In this document: positions 40,201-48,119 of the stretch, piece after piece | How positions within the stretch are numbered: position 1 is the first letter of the stretch | How the letters are laid out: each line of letters opens with the position of its first letter | Origin: Alphaproteobacteria bacterium | Lineage (GTDB): Bacteria > Pseudomonadota > Alphaproteobacteria > UBA7887 | Direction: 5' to 3' | Assembly (NCBI GenBank): GCA_965201115.1 | Contig: OZ241745.1 | Coordinates: 2,306,308 to 2,370,307 of the forward strand | DNA length: 64,000 bases | Program-made: the position numbers and the translations under genes | The notes under the pieces: model-generated | Databases searched by the model: none | What the model saw: the letters and a program-made list of their open reading frames with translations, nothing else | Told to the model about the DNA's origin: nothing

Positions 40201-42950
40201 CTGCGGATCGCCTCGCCGCCGATGCCCGAGACGCGCCCGCTCGCGGCGATGGTCAGCGCGCCGCCGTTGTCGAACAGAACGCGCCCGACGGCGCCGCTTA
40301 TGGTTGTCCCGCGCTTCGGGTTATGCACCGTGCCTGCAACCGTCGCCTTCTCCGCGATTTCGATGGTGTGCGTCCCGCCGCCGCGGCCGAATATCTCCCC
40401 CATAATCGTCCCGGTTTCCGACACCGTGACCGTCAGATCGCCGTCGCCGCGCGCTTCGATATTGCCCGTCACCTCGCCGTGAACGGTGACCGTCAAATCC
40501 CCCGCGTCGCCGCGGATCGCCTCCCGCGCGCCCTCGATTTCGACGCCCGTAATCTCGCCGTTCGCATTGACCGTGACGGCGCCGCCGTTGTCGTAATAAA
40601 TGCGTCCGACCTTGCCCGCGACGGTCATCGCGCCTGTCGGCAAACGCACCGTCCCCGTGACGGCGCCCGCGGATTCTATCGCGACCGTGTGCTCGCCGGC
40701 GTCCTCGCCGCGAATATCGCCGGCGACCGTGTTCGACACCGTGACGTCCAGGTTGCCGGCGCCGCGTTCGGCAATGTCGCCCGTTACCTCGCCGGAAACC
40801 GCGACTTTCAGATTGCCGGCGCCGCGGCCCTCGATGTTTCCCGCAACCTCGCCGTCGGCGGCCACCGTGACGGTCAAATCCCCCGCGCCGGCGCGGATCG
40901 CTTCCCGCGTTCCCTCGATTTCGACGCCCGTAATCCGGCCGCCGCCGGCGACCGTTACCGTTCCGCCGTTGTCGTAGAGTATGCGCCCGATGCGCACCTC
41001 GTCCGCAACCGCGAACGGGCTCCGGGGGTTGTGTATCGTGCCTGTAACCGCGCCGCCGGACATGATATTCGCCGTCAGCGCGCCGGCGTCGACGATGCGG
41101 ATATCGCCTTCGATCCTGCCTCCGCTCTCCACCGTGACGGCGAGATCGGTTTCCGGCGCTTCGTAGTCTTCGCCGGGTTCCGCGGGCGGCGCGTATCCGG
41201 CCTCGATCGCCAAGCCCGAGCCTGCCTTGACGACGCCCGTGCGGCCGACCGTTACGGCGCCGCCGCGCCGCATCCGGATGGCGGCGTCCCGCGCGCTCGC
41301 GCCGATCGTCTCGACGGTTCCGTTCACGATTACGCGGTCCTCCACGCCGGCGCCGGCGGGGGGCCCAGTTATCACGATGGCGTGCATTACGGGTTCGAGG
41401 AGGTTCGCGGTCGTGGTCTCGCCGTCGGCGCCGGGCCGCTCCGCCTCGACGGTCCGCCACCCATAGACATGCGTCGGGTATATGTACCGGTTTCCGTTGG
41501 CGCCGAGCTGTTCTTGCGTAATCGCGCCGTTTTCGTAGTCCTCTTCCGTCAGCGCCTGGGCGCGCACGGTTGCGCCCTCGGCCACCCGGACGGTAAACGC
41601 GGCGCCGGCGGTTCGCGGCAGGGCGTAGATGGCGGTACCGCCGCGGGTCTCCACCGATCCGCCCGTGACGTCGACGATGTGCCCTTCGATCGTGTCGGTC
41701 GTTTCGGGATCGTCGGTCAGATCGTTCGCCGCGTTGAGTACCTGCGCGTCGATGGCGAGGCCCTGCACGGTCGCTATCGTGCCCGACGACACGACGCGGA
41801 CGCGGCCCAAGCCGGAGTTCCGGGCGTTGATGCCCGAGCCCTGCCGGGTGCTCCAGGTCGGGCTGCGCCGGACCGCGGCCCGGATCGTGCCGCCGGCGTT
41901 GACGATGACGTCGCCCGACTGATAGGTGTCGCCGTCGGCGTCGGGGGCCGAGTCCCTGGCGAAATTGCTGCCGGGAAGAAGCCACGCCCAGATGGCCCTG
42001 CCGCCCTCGGCGGAGACGTCGAGCAGCGATCCCGGTCTGAGGTCGATGACGATATCGCCGTCCTCGCCATTCTGCTCGACATACATGCCGTTGCCGCCCG
42101 CCGACCCCTCGACGTTCCGGACGATGCTGTTAGCTCCCATTACGATATTGACGTCGAAATTCTTTCTTCCCTCGGAGATGGGGACGTAATCGGTCAGATG
42201 GACCCATATCGCGGAGCCGTTGCCGGCCCAATGGCCGATGCTCCCGCCGAACCGGGGGTTGAGATCGACGTTGCCGTTAAGCGTGAGCGCTATGGGCGCC
42301 CACCCGCTGCCGCTCATATGGATGCCGCTGTGGGAGTTCGTGGCCTCCCTCGCGGACGAGTAGTACAGCTCGGTACCGTCGGATGGGCGATTCGGGTCGT
42401 CCGCCGGCCAATACGACGGCGTCCGGCTGAACTCGATCGTGGCGCCCTCCTCGACGATCAAGGTCGGGCCGCCGTGCGTCTTCAACTTGAGAGCGCCGTC
42501 GACCCAGAAGCCGCGCATGTCGGCGAGGCCGGTCGCCGCGATCCTGACGCCCGTCTTGACGGTGATTTCCACATTGTTCTCACGGGTGTTTTCGCCCACT
42601 ATCTGATCGGCGGGATCCGTGTAGTAGGTTCCCCGGCGATGGTCCCAGTACCTCACGCCGTTCCGCGTGCGCCCGCCTCCGTACTGGTCCCAGTGGACGG
42701 CTCCCCAGTCGGCCTCGCCCGCCGGCTTGTTCGCCCTCGCGGCGCAGACCGCGGCGGTTGTGTACTGCTGGTTATGCGGGCTTCGCAGGCCATAGCCCGC
42801 GCGCACGTCCGGGGCTGTCATGGCGCATATTACGGGGGCCTGAAACGGCGCCAGCTGCGCCTGCGCCGGGGCGGCGAACATCGCCAGGCCGACCGCGCAG
42901 AAGACGGCGGCGGCGCGCATCGCGGTTCCGGGGAAGCTCCGTGCGATCAT
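37293..42950 (-). CDS. Second giant autotransporter paralog, with C-terminal beta-barrel about 90% identical to the first
   Basis: Start taken at ATG 42950 (MIARSFPGTAMRAAAVFCAVGLAMFAAPAQA signal peptide; SD GAGGA); alternative in-frame ATGs 42962/43049/42920; same passenger repeat family and near-identical last about 350 aa. Confidence 0.8.
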   Translation of the reverse strand: MIARSFPGTAMRAAAVFCAVGLAMFAAPAQAQLAPFQAPVICAMTAPDVRAGYGLRSPHNQQYTTAAVCAARANKPAGEADWGAVHWDQYGGGRTRNGVRYWDHRRGTYYTDPADQIVGENTRENNVEITVKTGVRIAATGLADMRGFWVDGALKLKTHGGPTLIVEEGATIEFSRTPSYWPADDPNRPSDGTELYYSSAREATNSHSGIHMSGSGWAPIALTLNGNVDLNPRFGGSIGHWAGNGSAIWVHLTDYVPISEGRKNFDVNIVMGANSIVRNVEGSAGGNGMYVEQNGEDGDIVIDLRPGSLLDVSAEGGRAIWAWLLPGSNFARDSAPDADGDTYQSGDVIVNAGGTIRAAVRRSPTWSTRQGSGINARNSGLGRVRVVSSGTIATVQGLAIDAQVLNAANDLTDDPETTDTIEGHIVDVTGGSVETRGGTAIYALPRTAGAAFTVRVAEGATVRAQALTEEDYENGAITQEQLGANGNRYIYPTHVYGWRTVEAERPGADGETTTANLLEPVMHAIVITGPPAGAGVEDRVIVNGTVETIGASARDAAIRMRRGGAVTVGRTGVVKAGSGLAIEAGYAPPAEPGEDYEAPETDLAVTVESGGRIEGDIRIVDAGALTANIMSGGAVTGTIHNPRSPFAVADEVRIGRILYDNGGTVTVAGGGRITGVEIEGTREAIRAGAGDLTVTVAADGEVAGNIEGRGAGNLKVAVSGEVTGDIAERGAGNLDVTVSNTVAGDIRGEDAGEHTVAIESAGAVTGTVRLPTGAMTVAGKVGRIYYDNGGAVTVNANGEITGVEIEGAREAIRGDAGDLTVTVHGEVTGNIEARGDGDLTVTVSETGTIMGEIFGRGGGTHTIEIAEKATVAGTVHNPKRGTTISGAVGRVLFDNGGALTIAASGRVSGIGGEAIRSAAGDLEVTVAGEATGNVESRGGALAATVTGTVEGDILGLGAGEHTVAVRGGGMVTGTVRLAASEVDVEHGAAGRVLLDRGGAVKVGARGRIAGLEIEGVREAIRSDAGDLTVAIASGGAVAGVIEERGAGGMTVNAGGKVTGAILGKGAGRHEVTVASGGSVTGNIVDMDAGDLVATVAGSVTGSIEERGAGDLTVTVAGAVSGDIRGMGAGAHRVAIASGGSVAGAVEERGAGDLTVTVAGSVAGDIRGMGAGMHRVTVASGGSVAGAIRGVGAGSHAATVAGRAARVLYDNGGSVTIAASGTIAGVETDGVREAIRSAAGDLTVDVAAMGTVTGDIRGAGDGDLKVDVSGKVEGRIFGLGGGEHDVHVKSGGSVEGLIHLAASTVTVDGSARSIRFDRGGAVEVGSEGRITGLDGRAVYSAADDLTVTVNGVVMGSVSDTGPGNLAVTVANELTGDVIGGGGGMHRLTVQPGGVFKGNVEGVESILVAGRAEGTLDVPAGNEVTVPADGMLVGAEDAQGRRVAVVAETGALDMTVDGAVQGAVEARDAGAASTVKVGAGGEIDGKVTLAGADSKITVDGAAQSVDVPRGAVTVGENGRIEDPVIGAETVTIRAAAGETDEEAALRVGGGRIDAAGATITLKREGRVDSQVRITADGRIEVGPAARHRVYEALPSVLLALNALPAHGDRFAAAGAPRGAFAHLDAGGGDRHPASSTAQAHHDYRRFGFEAGFEGAAGERGVFAVSVHHVRGRADVETDAEMDAEAGGGRVEITGTGARLSGAWLPAENVYVSGQASATLYETDLDSDVALEGALARDLSGRGYAAGVEIGRRLDLGRVTLTPRAGADWSMVEMSSFTDSVNERVSLDAGRRITARAGVRAESDALPGGAGAMFATLDLERELSGAMETTAADRPFETEAEATWARLGLGAAHEWADGRIALRANAAYAAARHGNRDFSGSAALTVRF

Positions 42951-42988
42951 GGTTGTCCTCATGGGGTCGGGGCGCGCCGGCCTGCCGC

Positions 42989-43005
42989 GGGGGGGGGGGG
43001 GGGGG
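42989..43005. repeat. Homopolymeric G17 tract (poly-C in sense) upstream of autotransporter-2, with flanks conserved relative to tract 1 (CAAAT(A/T)AACGTA-Cn-GCGGCAG)
   Basis: 17 consecutive G; flanking motif shared with 35281-35303 tract. Confidence 0.9.
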
Positions 43006-43119
43006 TACGTTAATTTGCCCGCCGCCGCCGCGGGCAGGCGCAAACCCATTGCGTGGAACGGGTATCGTCATGACGGGGCCCTCCTGGGCGGGAACGGACA
43101 ACGCGCGGATGCCGCGAGC

Positions 43120-43860
43120 GGCGGGATGGTACGCCATGCCGCGCGCGGGGGGCAACCGTTTTGTGCGGGGGGACTCGCGGCGGCTTCCTGGGCGCGCGGG
43201 CGGGGCGGCGGGGATCCGCGGGGCTCTGCGGGGCTCGCGCGGCCTGGCGCTCGCGTTTTCCTGCCGACGCCGCGGTGGGCGGGGACGTGCGGGCAGGATG
43301 CCCGCGGTCCCGGGCCCCGCCTTCGGCGGGGTTGCGCGGTGGCGGGAAACGGCGCGCCCTCCCCGCCGACGCCGCGGCGGGTGGGAACGTGCGGGCGGGG
43401 ACGCCCGCGCACCCAGGAAGTTCGCGCCTTCGGCGCGGGTGGGGCGGCGGGGATCCGCGGGGCTCTGCGGGGCTCGCGCGGTTGCGGGGCTCTGCGGCCT
43501 GGCGCTCGCGGCTTCCTGCCGACGCTGCGGTGGGCGGGAATGTGCGGGCAGGATGCCCGCGGTCCCGGGCCCCGCCTTCGGCGGGGTTGCGCGGTGGCGG
43601 GCAACGGCGCGCCCTCCCCGCCGACGCCGCGGCGGGCGGGAACGTGCGGGCGGGGACGCCCGCGCACCCAGGAAGTTCGCGCCTTCGGCGCGGGTGGGGC
43701 GGCGGGGATCCGCGGGGCTCTGCGGGGCTCGCGCGGTTGCGGAGCTCTCGGCCTGGCGCTCGCGGCTTCCTGCCGACGCTGCGGTGGGCGGGAACGTGCG
43801 GGCAGGATGCCCGCGGTCCCGGGCCCCGCCTTCGGCGGGGGTGCGAATCGGCGGGCGGTC
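43120..43860. repeat. REP-like repeat array including about 2.6 tandem copies of an about 240-bp composite unit (about 43210-43850)
   Basis: Unit GGATCCGCGGGGCTCTGCGGGGCTCGCGCGG…GTGCGGGCAGGATGCCCGCGGTCCCGGGCCCCGCCTTCGGCGGGG…GTGCGGGCGGGGACGCCCGCGCACCCAGGAAGTTCGCGCCTTCGGCGCGGG recurs with period about 240 bp. Confidence 0.8.
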
Positions 43861-45138
43861 TCATTTTATGTAGAGGCGCACCTCGGGGGCGGCGGCTTCG
43901 GGGGCGGTGGCGAAGGCCAGATCGATCCGTTCGGCCGGCATGTTCATGGCAAGCAGCGAGGCGAGGACGCGCTCGGCGTTGCGGCCCGCGGCCTCCGCCG
44001 CGCCGCCGGGCGGGGACGCCGCCAATATCTCGAAGCGCGCGCCCGGACGCCGCGCCAGCGCCGCGCTCACCGCCTCGTAAAGCGCGTCTTCGTAATCCGG
44101 CGCCCCGTTGTCGAAACGGATGGTGAGCAGCGCGGGCGCGCGCCCGGACGCGGCCGGGGGCGGCGGCGGCGCGGGAACCGGCGGCGCGACCGCGGCGAGA
44201 GCCGGCGGCGGCGCCGCGGCGTCCGGTTCGGGCGCCGCATCGGTCATGCGCGCGGTCGCGCCGTCGCGGAAACCCGCTTGCGCGCCGTCCACATAGGCGG
44301 CGTAGCGGCCGAGAATCTCGCTCACATCCGCCAGCAGGCGGTCGTTCTCGCCGACCACGCGGGTTACGCCGCTTTCCACGCCCGAGATCTCGCCGCCATC
44401 GACGCCGAGCGCGTCGCGCACCGACCGCGCCGCGCGGGTCGACTCGGACAAATAGGCCGCCATGCCGCGATTTTCGGCCACGCGCGCGCTCAACTCGCGC
44501 AGGCGCGTCGAATAGGCGGAGGCGACCGCGCGCAGCGCGCTTTGCGCCGATCTCCACTGGCTGATGAGCAGCGGGTCGTCGGGCGGCGCGCCCTCGCCCC
44601 AGCGCTGGTCGACCGCTTCCGCCGCCGCGGCGTACAGCGTGGCCGACTCGGCCACGCCGTCGGCCAGCGCTCGCAGTTCCGCGCGCTGGCTGTCGATCAG
44701 CCCCGACAACCCCGCCAGTTCGTTGGAGAGCGCGGCCGCGTGCAGGCGCATGAACGCCGCGGGCGCGCCGGCGGCCACGCTCCTCTCCCCGAGCGCGGGC
44801 GGCGCGTCCGGCGCCGGCCCCGGCGCCGATGGCGGCTGGAGCGGCGGCGCTTCCGCCGCGGGCGGGGGGGGCGGGGGCGGCGCGAGCGGCGGGGCTTCCG
44901 CTACAAGCGCCGGCGGCGGCGCGAGGGCGGGCGGCGGGAGCGGCTCCGGCTCGGGCCGCGCCTCGGGCTCCGGCGGCGGCAAGGGCGCCGCGACCGGCGC
45001 CGCCGCGACCGGCGGAAGCGCATCCGGCGGCGCGAGCAGATCGGTCGCGTCGGGCGTCAGCCCGAAGCCGTCGAACGAACAGGCGCCGAGTATGCCGGCC
45101 GCCAGGCCCAGCGCGGCCCGCCGCAGAACCTTCGTCAT
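43861..45138 (-). CDS. Proline-rich lipoprotein of unknown function
   Basis: ATG 45138; lipobox (…LAAGILGAC-S); long PPxxAPP-rich spacer then alpha-helical core; 425 aa. Confidence 0.55.
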   Translation of the reverse strand: MTKVLRRAALGLAAGILGACSFDGFGLTPDATDLLAPPDALPPVAAAPVAAPLPPPEPEARPEPEPLPPPALAPPPALVAEAPPLAPPPPPPPAAEAPPLQPPSAPGPAPDAPPALGERSVAAGAPAAFMRLHAAALSNELAGLSGLIDSQRAELRALADGVAESATLYAAAAEAVDQRWGEGAPPDDPLLISQWRSAQSALRAVASAYSTRLRELSARVAENRGMAAYLSESTRAARSVRDALGVDGGEISGVESGVTRVVGENDRLLADVSEILGRYAAYVDGAQAGFRDGATARMTDAAPEPDAAAPPPALAAVAPPVPAPPPPPAASGRAPALLTIRFDNGAPDYEDALYEAVSAALARRPGARFEILAASPPGGAAEAAGRNAERVLASLLAMNMPAERIDLAFATAPEAAAPEVRLYIK

Positions 45139-45149
45139 GAACGCACCCC

Positions 45150-45615
45150 TCGGCCCGCCGCGCCGCGCGCGGGCAAAACCCCCACCGCCGGTCCGCCGGT
45201 CACGGGACCGAGTATATACCGGCGCGCGGGGATCCGCAACGCGCCTTCCGGGCGCGCAGGCGCGGCGCGGAAACGTGCGGGCGGGGACGGGGCGGGCGCC
45301 CAGGAAGCGCGCCGCGCACTCCCCGCAAACGCCGCGCTGCTTGCCGACGTGCGGGCAGGATGCCCGCGGTCCCGGGCCCCGCCTTCGGCGGGGCAAGCAT
45401 TTCGGTACAGACACCGAGGGCGCGCCGCCATGCGCTTCCTCGCTAACGCCGCGCCGCACGGGAACGTGCGGGCGAGACGCCCGGGCGCCCAGGAAGCGCG
45501 CCGCGCACTCCCCGCAAACGCCGCGCTGCTTGCCGACGTGCGGACAGGATGCCCGCGGTCCCGGGCCCCGCCTTCGGCGGGGCAAGCATTTCGGTACAGA
45601 CACCGAGGGCGCGGT
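45150..45615. repeat. Four tandem/nearby copies of REP-like dual-hairpin repeat (two subtypes alternating)
   Basis: …GCGGGCAGGATGCCCGCGGTCCCGGGCCCCGCCTTCGGCGGGGCAAGCATTTCGGTACAGACAC… twice, interleaved with …GTGCGGGCGGGGACGGGGCGGGCGCCCAGGAAGCGCGCCGCGCACTCCCCGCAAACGCCGCG… units. Confidence 0.8.
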
Positions 45616-46292
45616 CAAGAGAACGTCAGCGCCATCCACCGCACTTCGCCCACCGTTTCGGCGTCGTCGGGCCAGGGAACGGCGGGGTATTCGGGCGCCG
45701 GGTTGTCGCTTACCAGCCGCCAGCGCCGGTCCGCGCCCTGCCCCGCGCGCTTGATCACCAGCCCGTCGCCGGTGCGCAGCACATACAGCTTGCCCGCGCG
45801 GCGGCGGCGCGCGGCGCGGTTGACCAGCACGCGCGACCCGTCGGGCAGCGTGGGCTCCATCGACGCGCCGCGCACGCGCATGACCATGCACTGCGTGGGG
45901 TCGAGGCCGTTGGCGTCGAGCCAGTCGCGGCGGAACGACAGCGCGCTGACGGCGCGTTCATCGTCGGCCTCGGCGCCGCCGCCCGCCGCGGCGGCCACTT
46001 CGACCACCTCCACCTGCCGCGTCGCGGCGGGCGCCGCGTTCCCGCCGCCGCGGGAGTCAGGGGCCGGCGCGGGCGCGCCCGCGCGCGGCGCGATGCGCAG
46101 TTCCAGCCCCAGCGCGCCGCAGATTTCCGCCGCCCGATCGACCGAGGGGGCCTGTTTGCGTTTGGGGTCGAGCAGGCCGCGCAGCGTCCACGGTCGCAGG
46201 CCGCGCGCGCGTTCGAACCGCCGCGCGCCCATCGCGGCGCCGTCCAGCGCCTCGCGCACCGCGTCGCGGATTCGCTCGCTGGGGGGGCGCAC
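45615..46292 (-). CDS. LexA/CI-like transcriptional repressor (HTH + S24 peptidase domain)
   Basis: C-terminal S24 signature …GASMEPTLPDGSRVLV…GKLYVLR.GDGLVIKR (Ser/Lys dyad context); N-terminal HTH-like. Confidence 0.65.
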   Translation of the reverse strand: MRPPSERIRDAVREALDGAAMGARRFERARGLRPWTLRGLLDPKRKQAPSVDRAAEICGALGLELRIAPRAGAPAPAPDSRGGGNAAPAATRQVEVVEVAAAAGGGAEADDERAVSALSFRRDWLDANGLDPTQCMVMRVRGASMEPTLPDGSRVLVNRAARRRRAGKLYVLRTGDGLVIKRAGQGADRRWRLVSDNPAPEYPAVPWPDDAETVGEVRWMALTFS

Positions 46293-46305
46293 GGCGCGCC
46301 GCGGC

Positions 46306-47742
46306 TCAGGGCGCCTCGGTGCCGCCGACCGTGAGCCCGTCGACGAGCAGGGTCGGCTGCCCCACGCCCACGGGCACGCCCTGGCCGTTCTTGCCGCAGG
46401 TTCCGATGCCGGGGTCGAGGCGCATGTCGGCGCCGATCGCGCGCACGTTTTTCAGCACTTCGTGGCCTGTCCCGATCAGCGTCGCGCCCTTGACCGGCGC
46501 GCCCACGCGCCCGTCCTCGATGCGGTAGGCCTCGGAGGCGGAAAACACGAACTTGCCGGATGTGATGTCCACCTGCCCGCCGCCGAAATTCACCGCGTAC
46601 AGGCCGTTGGGGACGCTCCGGATAATGTCCTCGGGGTCCTCCGCGCCCGCCTGCATGATTGTGTTGCGCATGCGCGGCATGGGTTGGTGCGCGAAACTCT
46701 GGCGGCGCCCGTTGCCGGTGGAGGCGGCGCCGGTCAGCCGCGCGTTGAGACGGTCGTGCATGTAGCCCACCAGTATCCCGTCGTCGATCAGCGTCGTGGA
46801 CTGCGTGGGCGTGCCTTCGTCATCGACGGTGAGCGAGCCGCGGCGGTCGGGCAGCGTGCCGTCGTCGATCACCGTCACCCCGGGGGCGGCGACGCGTTCG
46901 CCCATCAGGTCCGAGAACACGCTGGTCTTCTTGCGGTTGAAATCGCCCTCCAGCCCGTGGCCGATCGCCTCGTGGAGCAGGATGCCGGGCCAGCCGGGGC
47001 CGAGAACGACCTGCATTTCGCCCGCCGGGGCGGCCTTCGCCTCGAGCAGCGTCAGCGCCTGGCGCAGCGCCTCGTCCACGTGGCCGCGCCAGCGCGCCGG
47101 CGCCAGCAGCGGCGCATAGCCGTGGCGCCCGCCCGAACCGTAGCTGCCGGTTTCGCGCACGCCGCCTTCCTCGACGACCACCGAGACATTGAGACGCAGC
47201 AGCGGGCGGATGTCGTCGGCGCGCGCGCCGTCGGCGCGGCGGATCGAGACCGCCTGCCAGCTGCCGGTCAGCGACGCCATGACCTGCCGCACGCGCGTAT
47301 CGGCGGCGCGCGCATGGGCGTCGATCTCCTGCAGCAGATGCACCTTGCTGGCGAACGGGACCGCGTCGAGCGGGTTGCCGGGCGCGTAGAGCTGGCGGTT
47401 GGTCTTGCCCGGCGCGGCGCCGGGCGCGCCCGCGCGGCCCGAGCGCACCGCGCGCACGGTCTCGGCCGCGCGCCGGATCGCCGCCTCGCTCAGCTCGGAG
47501 GCGTGCGCATAGCCCGTCGCCTCGCCCGACACCGCGCGCAGGCCGAACCCCTGCGCGGTGTCGAAACTCGCCGCCTTCAGCTTGCCGTCCTCGAACGAAA
47601 ACGATTCCGATTGCCGGTATTCGAGGAAGAGCTCGCCGTCGTCGGCGCCGCGCAGCGCCTCGCCGACCAGCGAATCGACGCGCCCGGGGTCCATCCCGGT
47701 GCGCGCAAAAAACAGTTCGTCCAACGCCGCCGTGTCCGTCAT
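46306..47742 (-). CDS. tldD: Metalloprotease TldD
   Basis: ATG 47742 (MTDTAALDELFFAR…); conserved HEAIGHGLEGDF motif; 478 aa. Confidence 0.85.
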   Translation of the reverse strand: MTDTAALDELFFARTGMDPGRVDSLVGEALRGADDGELFLEYRQSESFSFEDGKLKAASFDTAQGFGLRAVSGEATGYAHASELSEAAIRRAAETVRAVRSGRAGAPGAAPGKTNRQLYAPGNPLDAVPFASKVHLLQEIDAHARAADTRVRQVMASLTGSWQAVSIRRADGARADDIRPLLRLNVSVVVEEGGVRETGSYGSGGRHGYAPLLAPARWRGHVDEALRQALTLLEAKAAPAGEMQVVLGPGWPGILLHEAIGHGLEGDFNRKKTSVFSDLMGERVAAPGVTVIDDGTLPDRRGSLTVDDEGTPTQSTTLIDDGILVGYMHDRLNARLTGAASTGNGRRQSFAHQPMPRMRNTIMQAGAEDPEDIIRSVPNGLYAVNFGGGQVDITSGKFVFSASEAYRIEDGRVGAPVKGATLIGTGHEVLKNVRAIGADMRLDPGIGTCGKNGQGVPVGVGQPTLLVDGLTVGGTEAP

Positions 47743-47829
47743 CGCCTGTCCTCCCGTGCCCGAAGCGCCCCAACGTAATACGGCGCGCGCAACGTTCCAA
47801 CCCGCGCGTCCGCCGCTGAGAGTCTGTAC

Positions 47830-48000
47830 CGGAATTCGGCAGCTATCGGTTCGGCAGGGACCGGTGGGCGTCTTGTCCGCTTGCGCTTCCCTGCCGACAT
47901 CGCGCCTTGCGGGAACGTGCGGGCAGGATGCCCGCGGTCCCGGGCCCCGCCTTCGGCGGGGCAAGCATTTCGGTACAGACACTCACGGCGCGCCGGCGCC
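47830..48000. repeat. REP-like dual-hairpin repeat copy upstream of Sel1 lipoprotein gene
   Basis: …GGGAACGTGCGGGCAGGATGCCCGCGGTCCCGGGCCCCGCCTTCGGCGGGGCAAGCATTTCGGTACAGACACTCA…. Confidence 0.8.
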
Positions 48001-48049
48001 CGGGCGGGCGGCGGGTGGCGCCGGCGGGCCGCGCGCGGTAGGCTTCGCG

Positions 48050-48071
48050 CCCCCCCCCCCCCCCCCCCCCC
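48050..48071. repeat. Homopolymeric C22 tract 48 nt upstream of Sel1-repeat lipoprotein start
   Basis: 22 consecutive C on the coding strand between REP element and RBS (GGAG) of gene at 48120. Confidence 0.9.
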
Positions 48072-48119
48072 GCGCCGATTTGCGTCCGCGCGATTCGCAA
48101 GGAAGCCACGGAGTCCGTC

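Noticed and set aside
30595-43013. Giant plus-strand ORFs (30595..35724, 1709 aa; 36981..43013, 2010 aa) antisense to the autotransporter genes, plus several others (e.g. 32069..33676 minus in alternate frames)
   Set aside because: The sense strand encodes coherent autotransporter architecture (signal peptide, repeats, C-terminal barrel ending in F). The antisense ORFs are Arg/Ala/Gly/Pro-rich low-complexity read-through, as expected from stop-codon depletion at 70% GC.
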